A stretch of DNA of 64,000 bases from an uncultured bacterium (GTDB taxonomy: Bacteria > Cyanobacteriota > Vampirovibrionia > Gastranaerophilales > Gastranaerophilaceae), in assembly GCA_949290355.1 (NCBI GenBank), contig CASERN010000011.1:669865-733864 (forward strand), in the 5' to 3' direction. Position numbers and translations under genes: made by a program. This document shows, piece by piece, positions 9,352-19,502 of the stretch (within the stretch, counting starts at the first letter, position 1; each line of letters starts with the position of its first letter). The notes under the pieces were generated by a model, which saw only the letters and a list, made by a program, of their open reading frames with translations, made no database searches and was not told the DNA's origin.

Positions 9352-10662
9352 TCAGATGATTTTGTGCGGTTTTGTAATAAGTTTTGACTCAACTCTTTCT
9401 TTGATAGCTCCTTCAGGTTCATAATATGGAGAAACAGTCATGATTTTAGCTGCAATATCAGGATAATAATAAATAAATCTTAATTCACTTGATGTAAGAG
9501 GTTTTTGGGTATGAACGTTTGCATACCTTGCAAGTTCCAGAATATTTCTTGCTTCGTGTTCATCTTTAAATTCAATTTCAAGATTATTGTATACGTTTCT
9601 AAAACCTTTTATCCCTCCGTATTCACCAGTTGTAATCATTCTACCTGTTTCAATAATTTCAGGTTCGCCTCTCCCCAATTCTTCATAGTCATATAACTCA
9701 TAATTCCTTCTGTCTTTTAGTGCTCCATCAGCATGAATCCCTGATTCATGAGCAAAAGCATTATCTCCTACTGCAGGTTGATTTATAGGAATTGGAACTC
9801 CAAAAGCGTATGACGTATATTTTGCAAGTTTCCAAATTTTGCTTAAATCAATATTTTCATCGATTTGATATCTGTTTTTAAATCCTGCGGATTTTAAAAC
9901 AGCTAAAAGGCAGGATGCAAGATCTGCGTTTCCGGCTCTTTCCCCCATTCCGTTTATTGCGGTATTTATGTAAGCATCTACTCCAGCATCAATTGCAGCT
10001 TTCGCCCCCATAACAGAACAAGCCGCAGCCATTCCTAAATCATTATGAAAATGAAGTTCTGTTGCCATTCCTGTTGCTTTAGCTATTTTATATATTCTTT
10101 CATATGTGGTATTTGGGTCTTCATATCCTAAAGTATCGCAATATCTAAAACGTCTGGCTCCGCATTTTTTTGCTTCTTTAGCATATTGTATAAGAAAATC
10201 AACATCGCTTCTTGAGGCATCTTCTGCATTTACTCCGATATCTTCTGCACCCAAAGATACAGCGCATTCAACAGCTTCGCATGTCATATTTATGATGTCT
10301 TGAGGAGTCTTTTTGCCCATATATTTTCCATTAATCATTTGTTCTGATGTTGATTGGGATAGATTTATGTTTTTTAGCATTGGAACATTTTTGAATGAAA
10401 GCTCAACATCAGATACAATTCCACGCATCCAACCTGACAGTTTTGTTTTTGAAATTACATTTCTTTCCACAAGTTCAAGATTACCATTAAGATAGTTGAT
10501 TTCATGCTTTGTTGTAGGAAAGCCAAATTCTGATTGAGTAATTCCCATATCGTCCAGCATTAGATTAATAATTGTTTTTTCAAGCTTAGCTAACCCAAGT
10601 CTGGATGTTTGTACACCGTCTCTATTTGTAACATCAACAAAATAAATTTTATTATTTCCCAT
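9352..10662 (-). CDS. DRE-TIM (HMGL-like) 2-oxoacid:acetyl-CoA condensing enzyme of the isopropylmalate / homocitrate / citramalate / Re-citrate synthase family
   Basis: N-terminal VDVTNRDGVQT replaces the canonical TTLRDGEQ. It has ELHFHNDLGMAAA, GERAGNA and HESGIHADG. At 436 aa it lacks a LeuA-type C-terminal regulatory domain. The substrate cannot be assigned by eye. Confidence 0.7.
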   Translation of the reverse strand: MGNNKIYFVDVTNRDGVQTSRLGLAKLEKTIINLMLDDMGITQSEFGFPTTKHEINYLNGNLELVERNVISKTKLSGWMRGIVSDVELSFKNVPMLKNINLSQSTSEQMINGKYMGKKTPQDIINMTCEAVECAVSLGAEDIGVNAEDASRSDVDFLIQYAKEAKKCGARRFRYCDTLGYEDPNTTYERIYKIAKATGMATELHFHNDLGMAAACSVMGAKAAIDAGVDAYINTAINGMGERAGNADLASCLLAVLKSAGFKNRYQIDENIDLSKIWKLAKYTSYAFGVPIPINQPAVGDNAFAHESGIHADGALKDRRNYELYDYEELGRGEPEIIETGRMITTGEYGGIKGFRNVYNNLEIEFKDEHEARNILELARYANVHTQKPLTSSELRFIYYYPDIAAKIMTVSPYYEPEGAIKERVESKLITKPHKII

Positions 10663-10789
10663 TTGAACTCCTAAATATAGTACACATATATGTTTTTATT
10701 TATAAATAACTTGCATTTTTCAGTTATATTATTTACAATATTAAGTATGGAACTTTTTGAATGTTCTGTCAAGAATTTTAATAATAATT

Positions 10790-12382
10790 ATGAATAACAC
10801 AAAGCAGCTTGAAAAAAAAATTAATAAAGAGTATAAAATTGGAAATGTAAAAAGTGCAATTGAATTATGTCAGATAGGGCTTCAGGATGATCCTACAAAT
10901 GCTGACTTACATGTTAGGTTGGGTGATTTGTATTTAGCTTGGCATCTTGATATATATAATTCATGTCAATATATTGATGAGGCTATTACGGAATATCAAA
11001 GAGCTTTAGAAACTTATATTGATTCTGCAGAAATTTATTTTAAAATAGGTCAAGCTCATTATTTTAAAGGTGATTTAGATAAAGCTATAAATTATTTAGA
11101 TACTGCAATTTCTAAAAATCCTAAATTGGGTAAAGCATATTACTTGTTAGCTGAAACTTATACTAAAAAAGCAAGGTTTTTAGAAGCTTCAATAAATGCT
11201 AAAAAAGCTATAAAGGTTATGCCTTTTTCAAATTCTTGCGCTCATTTCTTGCTGTCGAATCTTTATAATATTTCATCAGCAAGAAGTTTTAAGCATTTTT
11301 TATTATCAAAATATGAATTCTTGCTTTCATTCTTGACATTGCCTTTTGACAAAATTGCATTGGGAAATGTATCTAAAAGTCTAACTTATTTAAAGTTTCT
11401 ACCTGTTTTGATTAAAGGTGCTTATCAGGTGCAGAAAAACAGGTTGAGTGAGGCTTTGGATACTTATAATGAAGCTGTAGAAAAAGCTCCAGGATTTTTA
11501 CCTTTATATTGTTTGCTTGGAGATATATACAGATCTCTTGGTCAGTTTGATGATGCTATTACCGAATATAAGATGGCTATTTGGCTAGATTGTTTAAATA
11601 TCCCAGCATATAAACATCTTTGTCAAGCTTATGAAGAAAAAGGTGATTATGATAGTGCTGTTGAAATTTATGAAAAATTGATTGAAATTATGCCTAATAT
11701 GCCAGATGTGCATTCAAATCTTGCAAATATTTTATATGTAAAAGGAGATATTGATGCAGCTATTTCGCATTTTCAAACAGCAGTTACTTTAAATCCTAAA
11801 AAACAATGGACAAGTATAATAAATCAAACTTTAGGTTTTGTATACCAAGAGTCGAAACAGGATTTGAATGCTGCAATTAGTTCATATCAAAGTGCATATC
11901 TTTTAACTCCAAAAGACATTGATATTTATGTTAACCTTGGTAGTGCTTTTTATGATAAAGAAGATATTGAAAATGCATTACAGGTGTACCGCAATGCTTT
12001 GGATTTAGATCCGGAGAATGCAAAAATTCATTGTAATTTAGGCTTCTTATACTGGGGGAAGGGCGATATTGACGAAGCATTGAAAGAATATGAGCTATCT
12101 ATTAAATACGATCCTAATTATGATATTGCATATAATAATATGGGTGTTATTTATCTAGATGATTTAGGTAGAGTAAAACCTGCTATAGATTTGTTTAAAA
12201 AATCTGTAGAGTGTAATCCAAATTATGCGTTAGCTCATTTTAATTTAGCTCGTGCAATTGCGATTACAGGTGATAAAGTTGAAGCAGCAAAGTTATTTCA
12301 AATAGCTCAGGATATAAATAAAATAACAAATGAAATTGATCCTCAGGATATTTTAGATAAAATTAATGGTTTGTTTGCATAG
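10790..12382 (+). CDS. TPR-repeat protein
   Basis: It shows many 34-aa TPR-like repeats, for example AxxxYxxALxxxPxxxxAxxNLGxxY. The start is ambiguous between TTG at 10757 and ATG at 10790. Confidence 0.7.
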   Translation: MNNTKQLEKKINKEYKIGNVKSAIELCQIGLQDDPTNADLHVRLGDLYLAWHLDIYNSCQYIDEAITEYQRALETYIDSAEIYFKIGQAHYFKGDLDKAINYLDTAISKNPKLGKAYYLLAETYTKKARFLEASINAKKAIKVMPFSNSCAHFLLSNLYNISSARSFKHFLLSKYEFLLSFLTLPFDKIALGNVSKSLTYLKFLPVLIKGAYQVQKNRLSEALDTYNEAVEKAPGFLPLYCLLGDIYRSLGQFDDAITEYKMAIWLDCLNIPAYKHLCQAYEEKGDYDSAVEIYEKLIEIMPNMPDVHSNLANILYVKGDIDAAISHFQTAVTLNPKKQWTSIINQTLGFVYQESKQDLNAAISSYQSAYLLTPKDIDIYVNLGSAFYDKEDIENALQVYRNALDLDPENAKIHCNLGFLYWGKGDIDEALKEYELSIKYDPNYDIAYNNMGVIYLDDLGRVKPAIDLFKKSVECNPNYALAHFNLARAIAITGDKVEAAKLFQIAQDINKITNEIDPQDILDKINGLFA

Positions 12383-12441
12383 TTTACTTGTTATAAAATA
12401 ATTTTATTATTTCAATTGTATTATAATCCAAATTAAGGGTA

Positions 12442-13179
12442 TTATTTATATATTTTGTTGCCTATTTGTACTTGTTTTACGTACATATCTTCACAAGCTC
12501 CATAACCTCTGCTAGTGGAGTCTTTGTCTGTTCTAGAAAGACTTGTTTTGGCGATTACTTCATTTTTATCAGTGTATATATCAACTAAGTAACCGTCAAG
12601 TTTTATAATTTCATTTTTTCTAATTTTTAATAATGCGCTCATAACATTTGTATTTGCCGGTATAATGTGTGTATGAGCTATATGTGAGCTAACATAATCT
12701 ATCCCCCAAGGCATAGAATCCATTTTATCTTTTGATCTCCATTCAAGTCTTCGAGCTTGACCTAGTGTTTTATATGATTTAAATTTCCAATGTTTATGAA
12801 GTTTTTTAGAATCTGCAAGTTCTCCCCATGCTATTCCAAAATCTATAAGACATACTTCATCAAACTTACTTCTCATTATGTCTCTAAACCAGAAATTATT
12901 ATTTTTTGTTATTACTATACCTGATATTGAATATTCAGCTTGTGGGCGTAATATATATAAATTTTTTTCTCCATAGAATTTTATAAATTTTGTACTATTT
13001 ATTGTTGTTTGTATAGGCTCATTGTTTGGATTAATTATATTTTTTGTTGTATCAGATATATGCGGGAATGAGTATTTTACTCTGAATAATATATCTCCGA
13101 GAATGGAATTTATTATTATTAAAAGCATTAAAATTGCGCATATTTTGCAGAATAATTCCCAAATTTTATTGAATTGCAT
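12442..13179 (-). CDS. Hypothetical membrane-anchored protein
   Basis: N-terminal TM helix (ICAILMLLIIINSIL). SD is AAGGAA. It starts 9 nt after the histidine kinase stop, so it is probably co-transcribed. I recognise no domain. Confidence 0.5.
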   Translation of the reverse strand: MQFNKIWELFCKICAILMLLIIINSILGDILFRVKYSFPHISDTTKNIINPNNEPIQTTINSTKFIKFYGEKNLYILRPQAEYSISGIVITKNNNFWFRDIMRSKFDEVCLIDFGIAWGELADSKKLHKHWKFKSYKTLGQARRLEWRSKDKMDSMPWGIDYVSSHIAHTHIIPANTNVMSALLKIRKNEIIKLDGYLVDIYTDKNEVIAKTSLSRTDKDSTSRGYGACEDMYVKQVQIGNKIYK

Positions 13180-13188
13180 TATATTTCC

Positions 13189-14973
13189 TTAAACTAAGGT
13201 TTTGTTGTCTTCATAAATTTTTGTAGGCAGGATGAAACCGAATGTTGAACCTTTTCCTGGTTCTGAATTTACAAAAACTTTTCCTCCATGGTATTTTTCT
13301 ATTGTTTGTTTTACTAAGTGAAGCCCTAATCCAGTTCCTTTAATAGTGTGTATGTTGTTTTCAACTCTATAGAATCTGTCAAATATTTTCTTTTGATGTT
13401 CAGGAGCAATTCCGCAGCCTTGATCACTTACTGTTATTTCTATATCATCTCCTGATTTTAATAGGTTAACTTTGATTTCCCCATTATCAGGAGAATATTT
13501 TATTGCATTAGATAATAAATTTGTCAAAGCTCTTTCTATACCATCATAATTAAATAGAAAATCTTCAATATTTTCCTCTTTATTTACCGTAATTTTTAAA
13601 TTTCGTTCTTTAGTGAGTGGTTCCACTTGATTTACGCAATTATCAATAACCTCATATATGCTGTTTAAAGCTTTTTCCATTTGAGCGTTAGCTTCCATTC
13701 TGGAAAAGTCAAGAATATCATTTACCATTCTGTTAAGTCTTATAATTTCTTGGTTTATTGTGCCAATGAATTCTTTTTGAGTTTCGTAGTCAAATTCATT
13801 CCCATAATTATACAGCGTATCAATATAGCTTCTTAATACTGTAACAGGAGTTCGTAATTCATGTGAAACATTAGAAATGAATGTTGATCTCATTGCATCC
13901 ATTTCTGCTTCTTTTGTCATATCAATGAGAACAATAATATACCCTACATAGTCTTTATTTCTTGTAAACATTGGAGATATTATTGATTTAATAACTCTTT
14001 TATCTACTTGAATGTTAAATTCAAGAGGTTTGTTTTCCATTACTTCAATAGGGGTATCTTTAAATTCTTCTATTTTTTCTTTAAAGCAATAATTCCCTTC
14101 TGTGTCAATATATTGTTGTATTTTGGTATTCATCATCTGATTATCTTGAAGTTCAAGTAATTTATGTGCGTGATTATTAATTAATACAACATTGTCATTA
14201 TTATCGCATACAACAACACCATTTGCGATACTCATTAGTATTGCTTCAAGTTTGTTTCTTTCTAAAGTTAGCTGCTCAATATTTTGTTCTTCATATAGGT
14301 GAAGTTTGTTTGACATATCATTAAAAGCATTGAACAGCTCTTTAACTTCAGAGCTTACATCTTTATCTTGTATTGTATATCCAAATTCTCCTGTTGAAAT
14401 TTTATGTACACCGTTATGTAGAATTCTTAATTCTCTTGTAATAAGATAAGTGTTTATAAGTATTACAAATGCAAAAACAATCCAAGCTACAGTAAATACA
14501 AAAAGTAATGAAGCTCTGGTAGTTGAAGAAATTTCAGTTATAATGTTGCCAGAAAGACCAATTGTTACAGATCCTATATTTAATCCGTTTGCTTTAACTA
14601 TAGGAGAACTTACAATTATATTTGGGTTTTTACTGGCAATTATTTTGTTACTTTCTGCTTTATATAATGTTTTGCCGCTTTGGTCTCTGTATTCAATAAA
14701 AATAATATCATTATGGGTTTGTACAATTGTATCAGCATGTGATTTTAAAATATCATACACTTTTTCTTTTTGAGAATTTTCTATAAGTTCAGAACATTCA
14801 ATAGCGAGAGCTTTTGACACTATTTGACCAAAATTTTGATAGCCTTCATTAAGCTTTTTTTGTATGTTAAAAATTGCAAAAATTGCAATAAATACGATTA
14901 AAGCTGTGCTTAAAATAAGTCCTGAAATTATAAGTTTATTTTGAGTATTCAAGCTCACTTGTTTCTTATTCAT
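13189..14973 (-). CDS. Sensor histidine kinase (2 TM, HAMP, PAS-like, HisKA, HATPase_c)
   Basis: H-box SHELRTP, N-box LLSNAIKYS, G1 DQGCGI, G2 GTGLGL. The start is either ATG at 14973 or TTG at 15009. No response regulator is adjacent. Confidence 0.85.
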   Translation of the reverse strand: MNKKQVSLNTQNKLIISGLILSTALIVFIAIFAIFNIQKKLNEGYQNFGQIVSKALAIECSELIENSQKEKVYDILKSHADTIVQTHNDIIFIEYRDQSGKTLYKAESNKIIASKNPNIIVSSPIVKANGLNIGSVTIGLSGNIITEISSTTRASLLFVFTVAWIVFAFVILINTYLITRELRILHNGVHKISTGEFGYTIQDKDVSSEVKELFNAFNDMSNKLHLYEEQNIEQLTLERNKLEAILMSIANGVVVCDNNDNVVLINNHAHKLLELQDNQMMNTKIQQYIDTEGNYCFKEKIEEFKDTPIEVMENKPLEFNIQVDKRVIKSIISPMFTRNKDYVGYIIVLIDMTKEAEMDAMRSTFISNVSHELRTPVTVLRSYIDTLYNYGNEFDYETQKEFIGTINQEIIRLNRMVNDILDFSRMEANAQMEKALNSIYEVIDNCVNQVEPLTKERNLKITVNKEENIEDFLFNYDGIERALTNLLSNAIKYSPDNGEIKVNLLKSGDDIEITVSDQGCGIAPEHQKKIFDRFYRVENNIHTIKGTGLGLHLVKQTIEKYHGGKVFVNSEPGKGSTFGFILPTKIYEDNKTLV

Positions 14974-15030
14974 ACTCAAAATTATATCACTTTTATAGTG
15001 CTCAGGCAAGGTGTTTAATGTATAAAATTA

Positions 15031-15501
15031 TTACTTGACTATATATGCTAGATTGTATCTGATAACTTTAGCCAGCTCAGAAAGCTTCAATTCTACTTGG
15101 TAACCGATTTTACCTGCGCTAAAAATGATAGATTCAAAATTCTTGGCAGACTCATCTATTGTAGTTGTAAAAAATTTTTTCATCCCTATAGGAGAACATC
15201 CTCCATGGATATATCCGGTTAATCCTAGCAGTTCTTTTGATTTGACCATTTCTATTGATTTTTCTCCAACACTTTGTGCTGCTTTTTTCAAGTCAAGTTC
15301 TTTTGCAACAGGTACCATAAAAACATAATATTTTTTTGACTTGCTGACTGTTACAAGTGTTTTGAATACTTTTTCAGGATTTTCATTCAAAACAGATGCA
15401 ACTTCGACTCCGCTTATTGCATCTGTATTTGAATAATTATAATGATTATATTTTATTTTGAGCTTGTCAAGCTCTCGCATTACGTTTGTTTTATGCTCCA
15501 C
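15031..15501 (-). CDS. ybaK: Cys-tRNA(Pro)/Cys-tRNA(Cys) deacylase, YbaK family
   Basis: The N-terminus HKTNVMRELDKLKIKY and the motif GGCSPIG resemble YbaK/EbsC. The GTG at 15501 follows SD AGAGGA and lies just after the upstream stop. The alternative ATG at 15537 would overlap the upstream gene by 32 nt. Confidence 0.7.
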   Translation of the reverse strand: MEHKTNVMRELDKLKIKYNHYNYSNTDAISGVEVASVLNENPEKVFKTLVTVSKSKKYYVFMVPVAKELDLKKAAQSVGEKSIEMVKSKELLGLTGYIHGGCSPIGMKKFFTTTIDESAKNFESIIFSAGKIGYQVELKLSELAKVIRYNLAYIVK

Positions 15502-15505
15502 AAAC

Positions 15506-16882
15506 TTATCCTCTTGAAGCAATTGTTCTGGCTGCATGTACCCCTGAAGCGGAAGCTTGTATCAAACCTCTTGTAACTCCAGCGCCATCACCTATTGCAA
15601 ACAAGTTTTTTACCCCTTCTGTTTCAAGTTCATTTGTAAGTTTTACTCTCGCAGAATAGAATTTTACTTCTATACCATAAAGTAAAGTATATCTTGAAGC
15701 AGTTCCTGGACATATTTTATCAAGAGCTTTAAGCATTTCAATGATACTTGTCATTTGTCTGTATGGTATTACAAGACTCAAATCTCCAGGAGTTGCGCAA
15801 GTAAGTGTTGGTTTGATTATGCTTGATTTAATTCTGTCAGGAGTTGATCTGCGACCGTCAAGCAAATCTCCGAATCTTTGAACTAAAATTCCTCCTCCTA
15901 ACATATTTGCAAGTCTTGCTATATGCTGACCATATTGTATTGGTTCTTTGAATGGTTCAGTGAATTTCTCGCTTACTAATAATGCAAAATTTGTGTTATT
16001 AGTTGTTTTTTCAGCGTAACTGTGTCCATTTACTGTGGATATCCCGTTATAGTTTTCTTGAACAACTTCTCCATTAGGGTTCATGCAAAATGTTCTTACT
16101 TCATCACCAAAAGTCGGAGAGTAATAAATAAGTTTTGACTCATATAATTTATCAGTCAATGGTTCAAATACAGGAGCCGGTAATTCTACTCTTACGCCTA
16201 TATCAACTGCATTATTTACCATTCCAATTTTATGTTTTGCAAATTCATGAGTAAGCCAATCAGCTCCTTCTCTGCCGGGCGCAATGATTGTATATTCAGC
16301 ACATATTGTCTCTCCGTTGTCAAGAACTATTCCCTTTACTTGCTCACATTCTACAATTAAAGATTGGGCTGATACATTATTTAAAATAGTTATTCTTTCT
16401 CCTAAATAATCTTGCATATTTTTAAGAACATTAAGGCTTCTTTCAGTTCCTAAATGTCTGACAGGCGAATGTACTAACTTTAATTCTGCAAGTGATGCTT
16501 GACGTTCCAATTCTTTAAAAGTATTCATATCTGTGCCAAATACTTCATCTGTAGCTCCAAAGTCAAGGTATAAATGATCTGCATAGTCTATTAATTTTTC
16601 TACTTGTCTTCTATCCATATAGTCAACAAGGTGTCCGCCTACATCCGGGGTAAGTGTTAATTTCCCGTCAGAAAAAGCTCCTGCTCCTCCCCATCCGCAT
16701 AGCAATCCACATTTTTTGCAAGATGGACATTTTTCATAACCTTCACGCAAAAGGCACTTTCTGCTTTCTATTTTTTGCCCCTTTTCAATTAGAACAACTT
16801 TCCAATCGGGTTTTAATTTTGTAATTTCAAGAGCTGCAAAAATTCCAGCTGGACCTGCACCTATTATCGCTACATTGTACAT
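15506..16882 (-). CDS. FAD-dependent protein (COG2509-type NAD(FAD)-utilising dehydrogenase)
   Basis: N-terminal Rossmann motif VAIIGAGPAGIFAA. It has the Cys cluster CPSCKKCGLLCGWGGAGAFSDGKL and a C-terminal GDGAGVTRG motif. Confidence 0.75.
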   Translation of the reverse strand: MYNVAIIGAGPAGIFAALEITKLKPDWKVVLIEKGQKIESRKCLLREGYEKCPSCKKCGLLCGWGGAGAFSDGKLTLTPDVGGHLVDYMDRRQVEKLIDYADHLYLDFGATDEVFGTDMNTFKELERQASLAELKLVHSPVRHLGTERSLNVLKNMQDYLGERITILNNVSAQSLIVECEQVKGIVLDNGETICAEYTIIAPGREGADWLTHEFAKHKIGMVNNAVDIGVRVELPAPVFEPLTDKLYESKLIYYSPTFGDEVRTFCMNPNGEVVQENYNGISTVNGHSYAEKTTNNTNFALLVSEKFTEPFKEPIQYGQHIARLANMLGGGILVQRFGDLLDGRRSTPDRIKSSIIKPTLTCATPGDLSLVIPYRQMTSIIEMLKALDKICPGTASRYTLLYGIEVKFYSARVKLTNELETEGVKNLFAIGDGAGVTRGLIQASASGVHAARTIASRG

Positions 16883-16966
16883 TTCATATCTCCGTAATCT
16901 TTAATTTTCCAAACCAAATAAGTATATATTAAACAATTCATTTTTTAAAGTTTTTGTAAGCATTTG

Positions 16967-17593
16967 TTAAGAATTATGCGGTTGGAATTTTATTTCATTT
17001 AGTTTCATTTTAAAAGTAGAAAGACCATATTTTTTGTTGCTATCCATATTTATTATTAACTCAATAGTCTTACCTGATTTAATTTTTGTTGGCTGCTCAA
17101 ATCTTTCTCGAATTCTTAATTTTACACTTTTGATAAATTTTAATATTGCATTAAAATATTTTGATTTTGCAACTCGCAATTCAAAACTGTTTAAAATATT
17201 TTTTTGTTTACAAAATTTTTGTTCTTTCCCAACTTCTTTTCCAAGAGTTGATAATTGTTCTGCTTGTACTCCTGTAAAAAGGTAATTTTTATCATTTTGT
17301 GTTATACATTTGAAATAATCTGATGGATGCATTACTTTTGAATTTTGCTTTTTAGGATATCCTCTATACCCATATTCAATAATGTAATCAGGATCGTATT
17401 TCGCAAATTCTTTTATTATATTTACTTTTTTTTCATTATTTGCAGGCCCTGCCAGTATATTAGTAAGTTGATGACAAGCTGATTTTATATTTTTATTATT
17501 AAATGTTTCTACCCCATCTACAAAAACTCTTACAGGGATTACACTTGTAAATGTTGGATTGTAATTAATTTTATTATTTATTTTCGAAACCAT
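16967..17593 (-). CDS. Hypothetical protein
   Basis: Long ORF in the same orientation as, and closely following, the protease gene. I recognise no motifs. The start is ATG at 17593 or TTG at 17623. Confidence 0.4.
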   Translation of the reverse strand: MVSKINNKINYNPTFTSVIPVRVFVDGVETFNNKNIKSACHQLTNILAGPANNEKKVNIIKEFAKYDPDYIIEYGYRGYPKKQNSKVMHPSDYFKCITQNDKNYLFTGVQAEQLSTLGKEVGKEQKFCKQKNILNSFELRVAKSKYFNAILKFIKSVKLRIRERFEQPTKIKSGKTIELIINMDSNKKYGLSTFKMKLNEIKFQPHNS

Positions 17594-17638
17594 TTTACAG
17601 CCTTTTTTTGCTTTAAAAAACAAAAATAAATATTTTTG

Positions 17639-18991
17639 CTATTCATTAATATTTATTTTAAATGCTTTAGTATGAGATTTTTTCGCATGATTAATATTCA
17701 TTATTAATTCATTTATATCATCTGTATTAGATATATTTTTTGCTTGATTTGCATATTCCAAAGCTTTTTTTAGGTTATTATTGTTTAGATTTACAGCTGC
17801 AAGATTAAACAGTACAATATATTTTTCATTGTTGTTTTTTACAAGAGTATTTGCCTTTTCAAAAGCTTTCACAGATTCGCTGTATTTATTTAATTCTGCA
17901 TATGCAATTCCTAAATCGATATATCCTCCAGCTAATTGAGGCGCATTTTTGATGTAATTTTTCGCTTCTTCAAGTTTTTTTGATGATAATTCTCTAGATG
18001 TCCCAAGTACTATTGGGGCGTAGATTAGCCCTTTTTTATCTATTTTTTTTATATCTGTATTTGTAATATCAGGAACTAATTTATATAGTAATTTGATGGT
18101 GTTTAAGTCTTGTGCTGAAAGATATTGGAAAGAGCTTTTATATGGCACATAAAAATTACTGCTTGTATTATTGTTGCTCATATACATTAAATCTCCAGAA
18201 CTATAGCTGTGCCCCATTATTCCTAGAGAATGACCAATTTCATGTAATATTGTATTGTACAATTCTTTATCTGAAAAGAAGTTACCAAATGGGTCTTTAT
18301 CGTATAAAACTATTGTCATTTTTTTTAATGTAGAACCTTTAAAATCAGGTGTAGTATATCCTACAACATATTTACAAATATTATCAGAGCAAATATCTTT
18401 GGGCAGTGGAACTATTTTTACAATAATATTGGCATATTTAACGTTATTTGTTTGTTGAAATTTAATAAATTGAGTTGAGTTTTGCCACTGAGTAAATGCA
18501 TTTATAATTTCTTCATTATAATATGCTGGTAATTGATCACTTTTAGTATCATCAATAATAATTATTTTTAAAGGAAATTTATTTACATCCCAACGAATTA
18601 TTCCTTTATCAAAAGCAGCTTGTTCTATATAATTTTCTCCGATAGTTCTATATATATTATTTCTCCAATCGTTGATTATGGAAGTTGCTGTTAATTTTGC
18701 GCTGTCTTTGATATTATCTGTTGACAAAAGAAACATTTCTTTTTGGACTTTAATTGTAGGATTTAGGTTTGAAAGAGATTGCACATAATAATATCTGTAG
18801 TTTTGATTTTTTTTATCCAAATTACAGGCTTGTTTTAAATTTTTATAGGCTTTAACGTAATCTTGTTGTTTTAAATAGCTTTGTCCCCTTTTGTAATAAT
18901 ATACTGGCATTAACTTTATAGTTATTCCAAATACTATTGCAAACAAACAAATTAAAACGGTGATTATTCTATCATTATTTTGCGATGTCAT
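17639..18991 (-). CDS. Membrane-anchored TPR plus metzincin (matrixin-like) zinc metalloprotease
   Basis: N-terminal TM helix. The zinc motif HEIGHSLGIMGH fits HExxHxxGxxH. TPR-like repeats flank it at both ends. The start overlaps the scpB 3' end by 17 nt. Confidence 0.7.
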   Translation of the reverse strand: MTSQNNDRIITVLICLFAIVFGITIKLMPVYYYKRGQSYLKQQDYVKAYKNLKQACNLDKKNQNYRYYYVQSLSNLNPTIKVQKEMFLLSTDNIKDSAKLTATSIINDWRNNIYRTIGENYIEQAAFDKGIIRWDVNKFPLKIIIIDDTKSDQLPAYYNEEIINAFTQWQNSTQFIKFQQTNNVKYANIIVKIVPLPKDICSDNICKYVVGYTTPDFKGSTLKKMTIVLYDKDPFGNFFSDKELYNTILHEIGHSLGIMGHSYSSGDLMYMSNNNTSSNFYVPYKSSFQYLSAQDLNTIKLLYKLVPDITNTDIKKIDKKGLIYAPIVLGTSRELSSKKLEEAKNYIKNAPQLAGGYIDLGIAYAELNKYSESVKAFEKANTLVKNNNEKYIVLFNLAAVNLNNNNLKKALEYANQAKNISNTDDINELIMNINHAKKSHTKAFKININE

Positions 18992-19502
18992 TATCTTTTA
19001 TCCCTTTATCAATTTCAAGGATTTTAGCAAGAGATCGTGTATCTCCTTTAAGTTTAAAGTATTCTGCAAATTTAGGCGTAGTCTTTAAATTATAACTTCT
19101 TCCGTTTTTATCTTTTGTTTTAGAAATAAGTCCTTTTTCAACAAGTTCTTTTATATGATCATATGCAGATGAACCTCTTAAATCTATCAATGCAGTCTGC
19201 CTTATAGGTTCCTTAAGAGCTATTACAGACAAAGTCCTTAATGTGGCAGGCTTCAAGTCTACAGGACATAAAAGTTCTACTAAATCCATATGTTCCTCTT
19301 TTACCTGAAGAATGTAACCATTTTCATCATCAATTTCTAAAGCTCCATCTCTTGAAGAATAATCCATTATTAATTCCAATATAGCTTCTTCTATTGTTTC
19401 TGTTTCTTCATCTAATATAGTTGCGATTTCATCAAGCGTTACTGCTCGTGCTGTTATAAATAAAACAGCTTCAATTCGCGATTTCAACTGCTCTATTTTC
19501 AT
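18975..19502 (-). CDS. scpB: Segregation and condensation protein B
   Basis: RIEAVLFITARAVTLDEIA plus tandem winged-helix layout. The ATG at 19502 follows SD AAGGTGG. It overlaps the scpA 3' end. Confidence 0.8.
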   Translation of the reverse strand: MKIEQLKSRIEAVLFITARAVTLDEIATILDEETETIEEAILELIMDYSSRDGALEIDDENGYILQVKEEHMDLVELLCPVDLKPATLRTLSVIALKEPIRQTALIDLRGSSAYDHIKELVEKGLISKTKDKNGRSYNLKTTPKFAEYFKLKGDTRSLAKILEIDKGIKDNDIAK

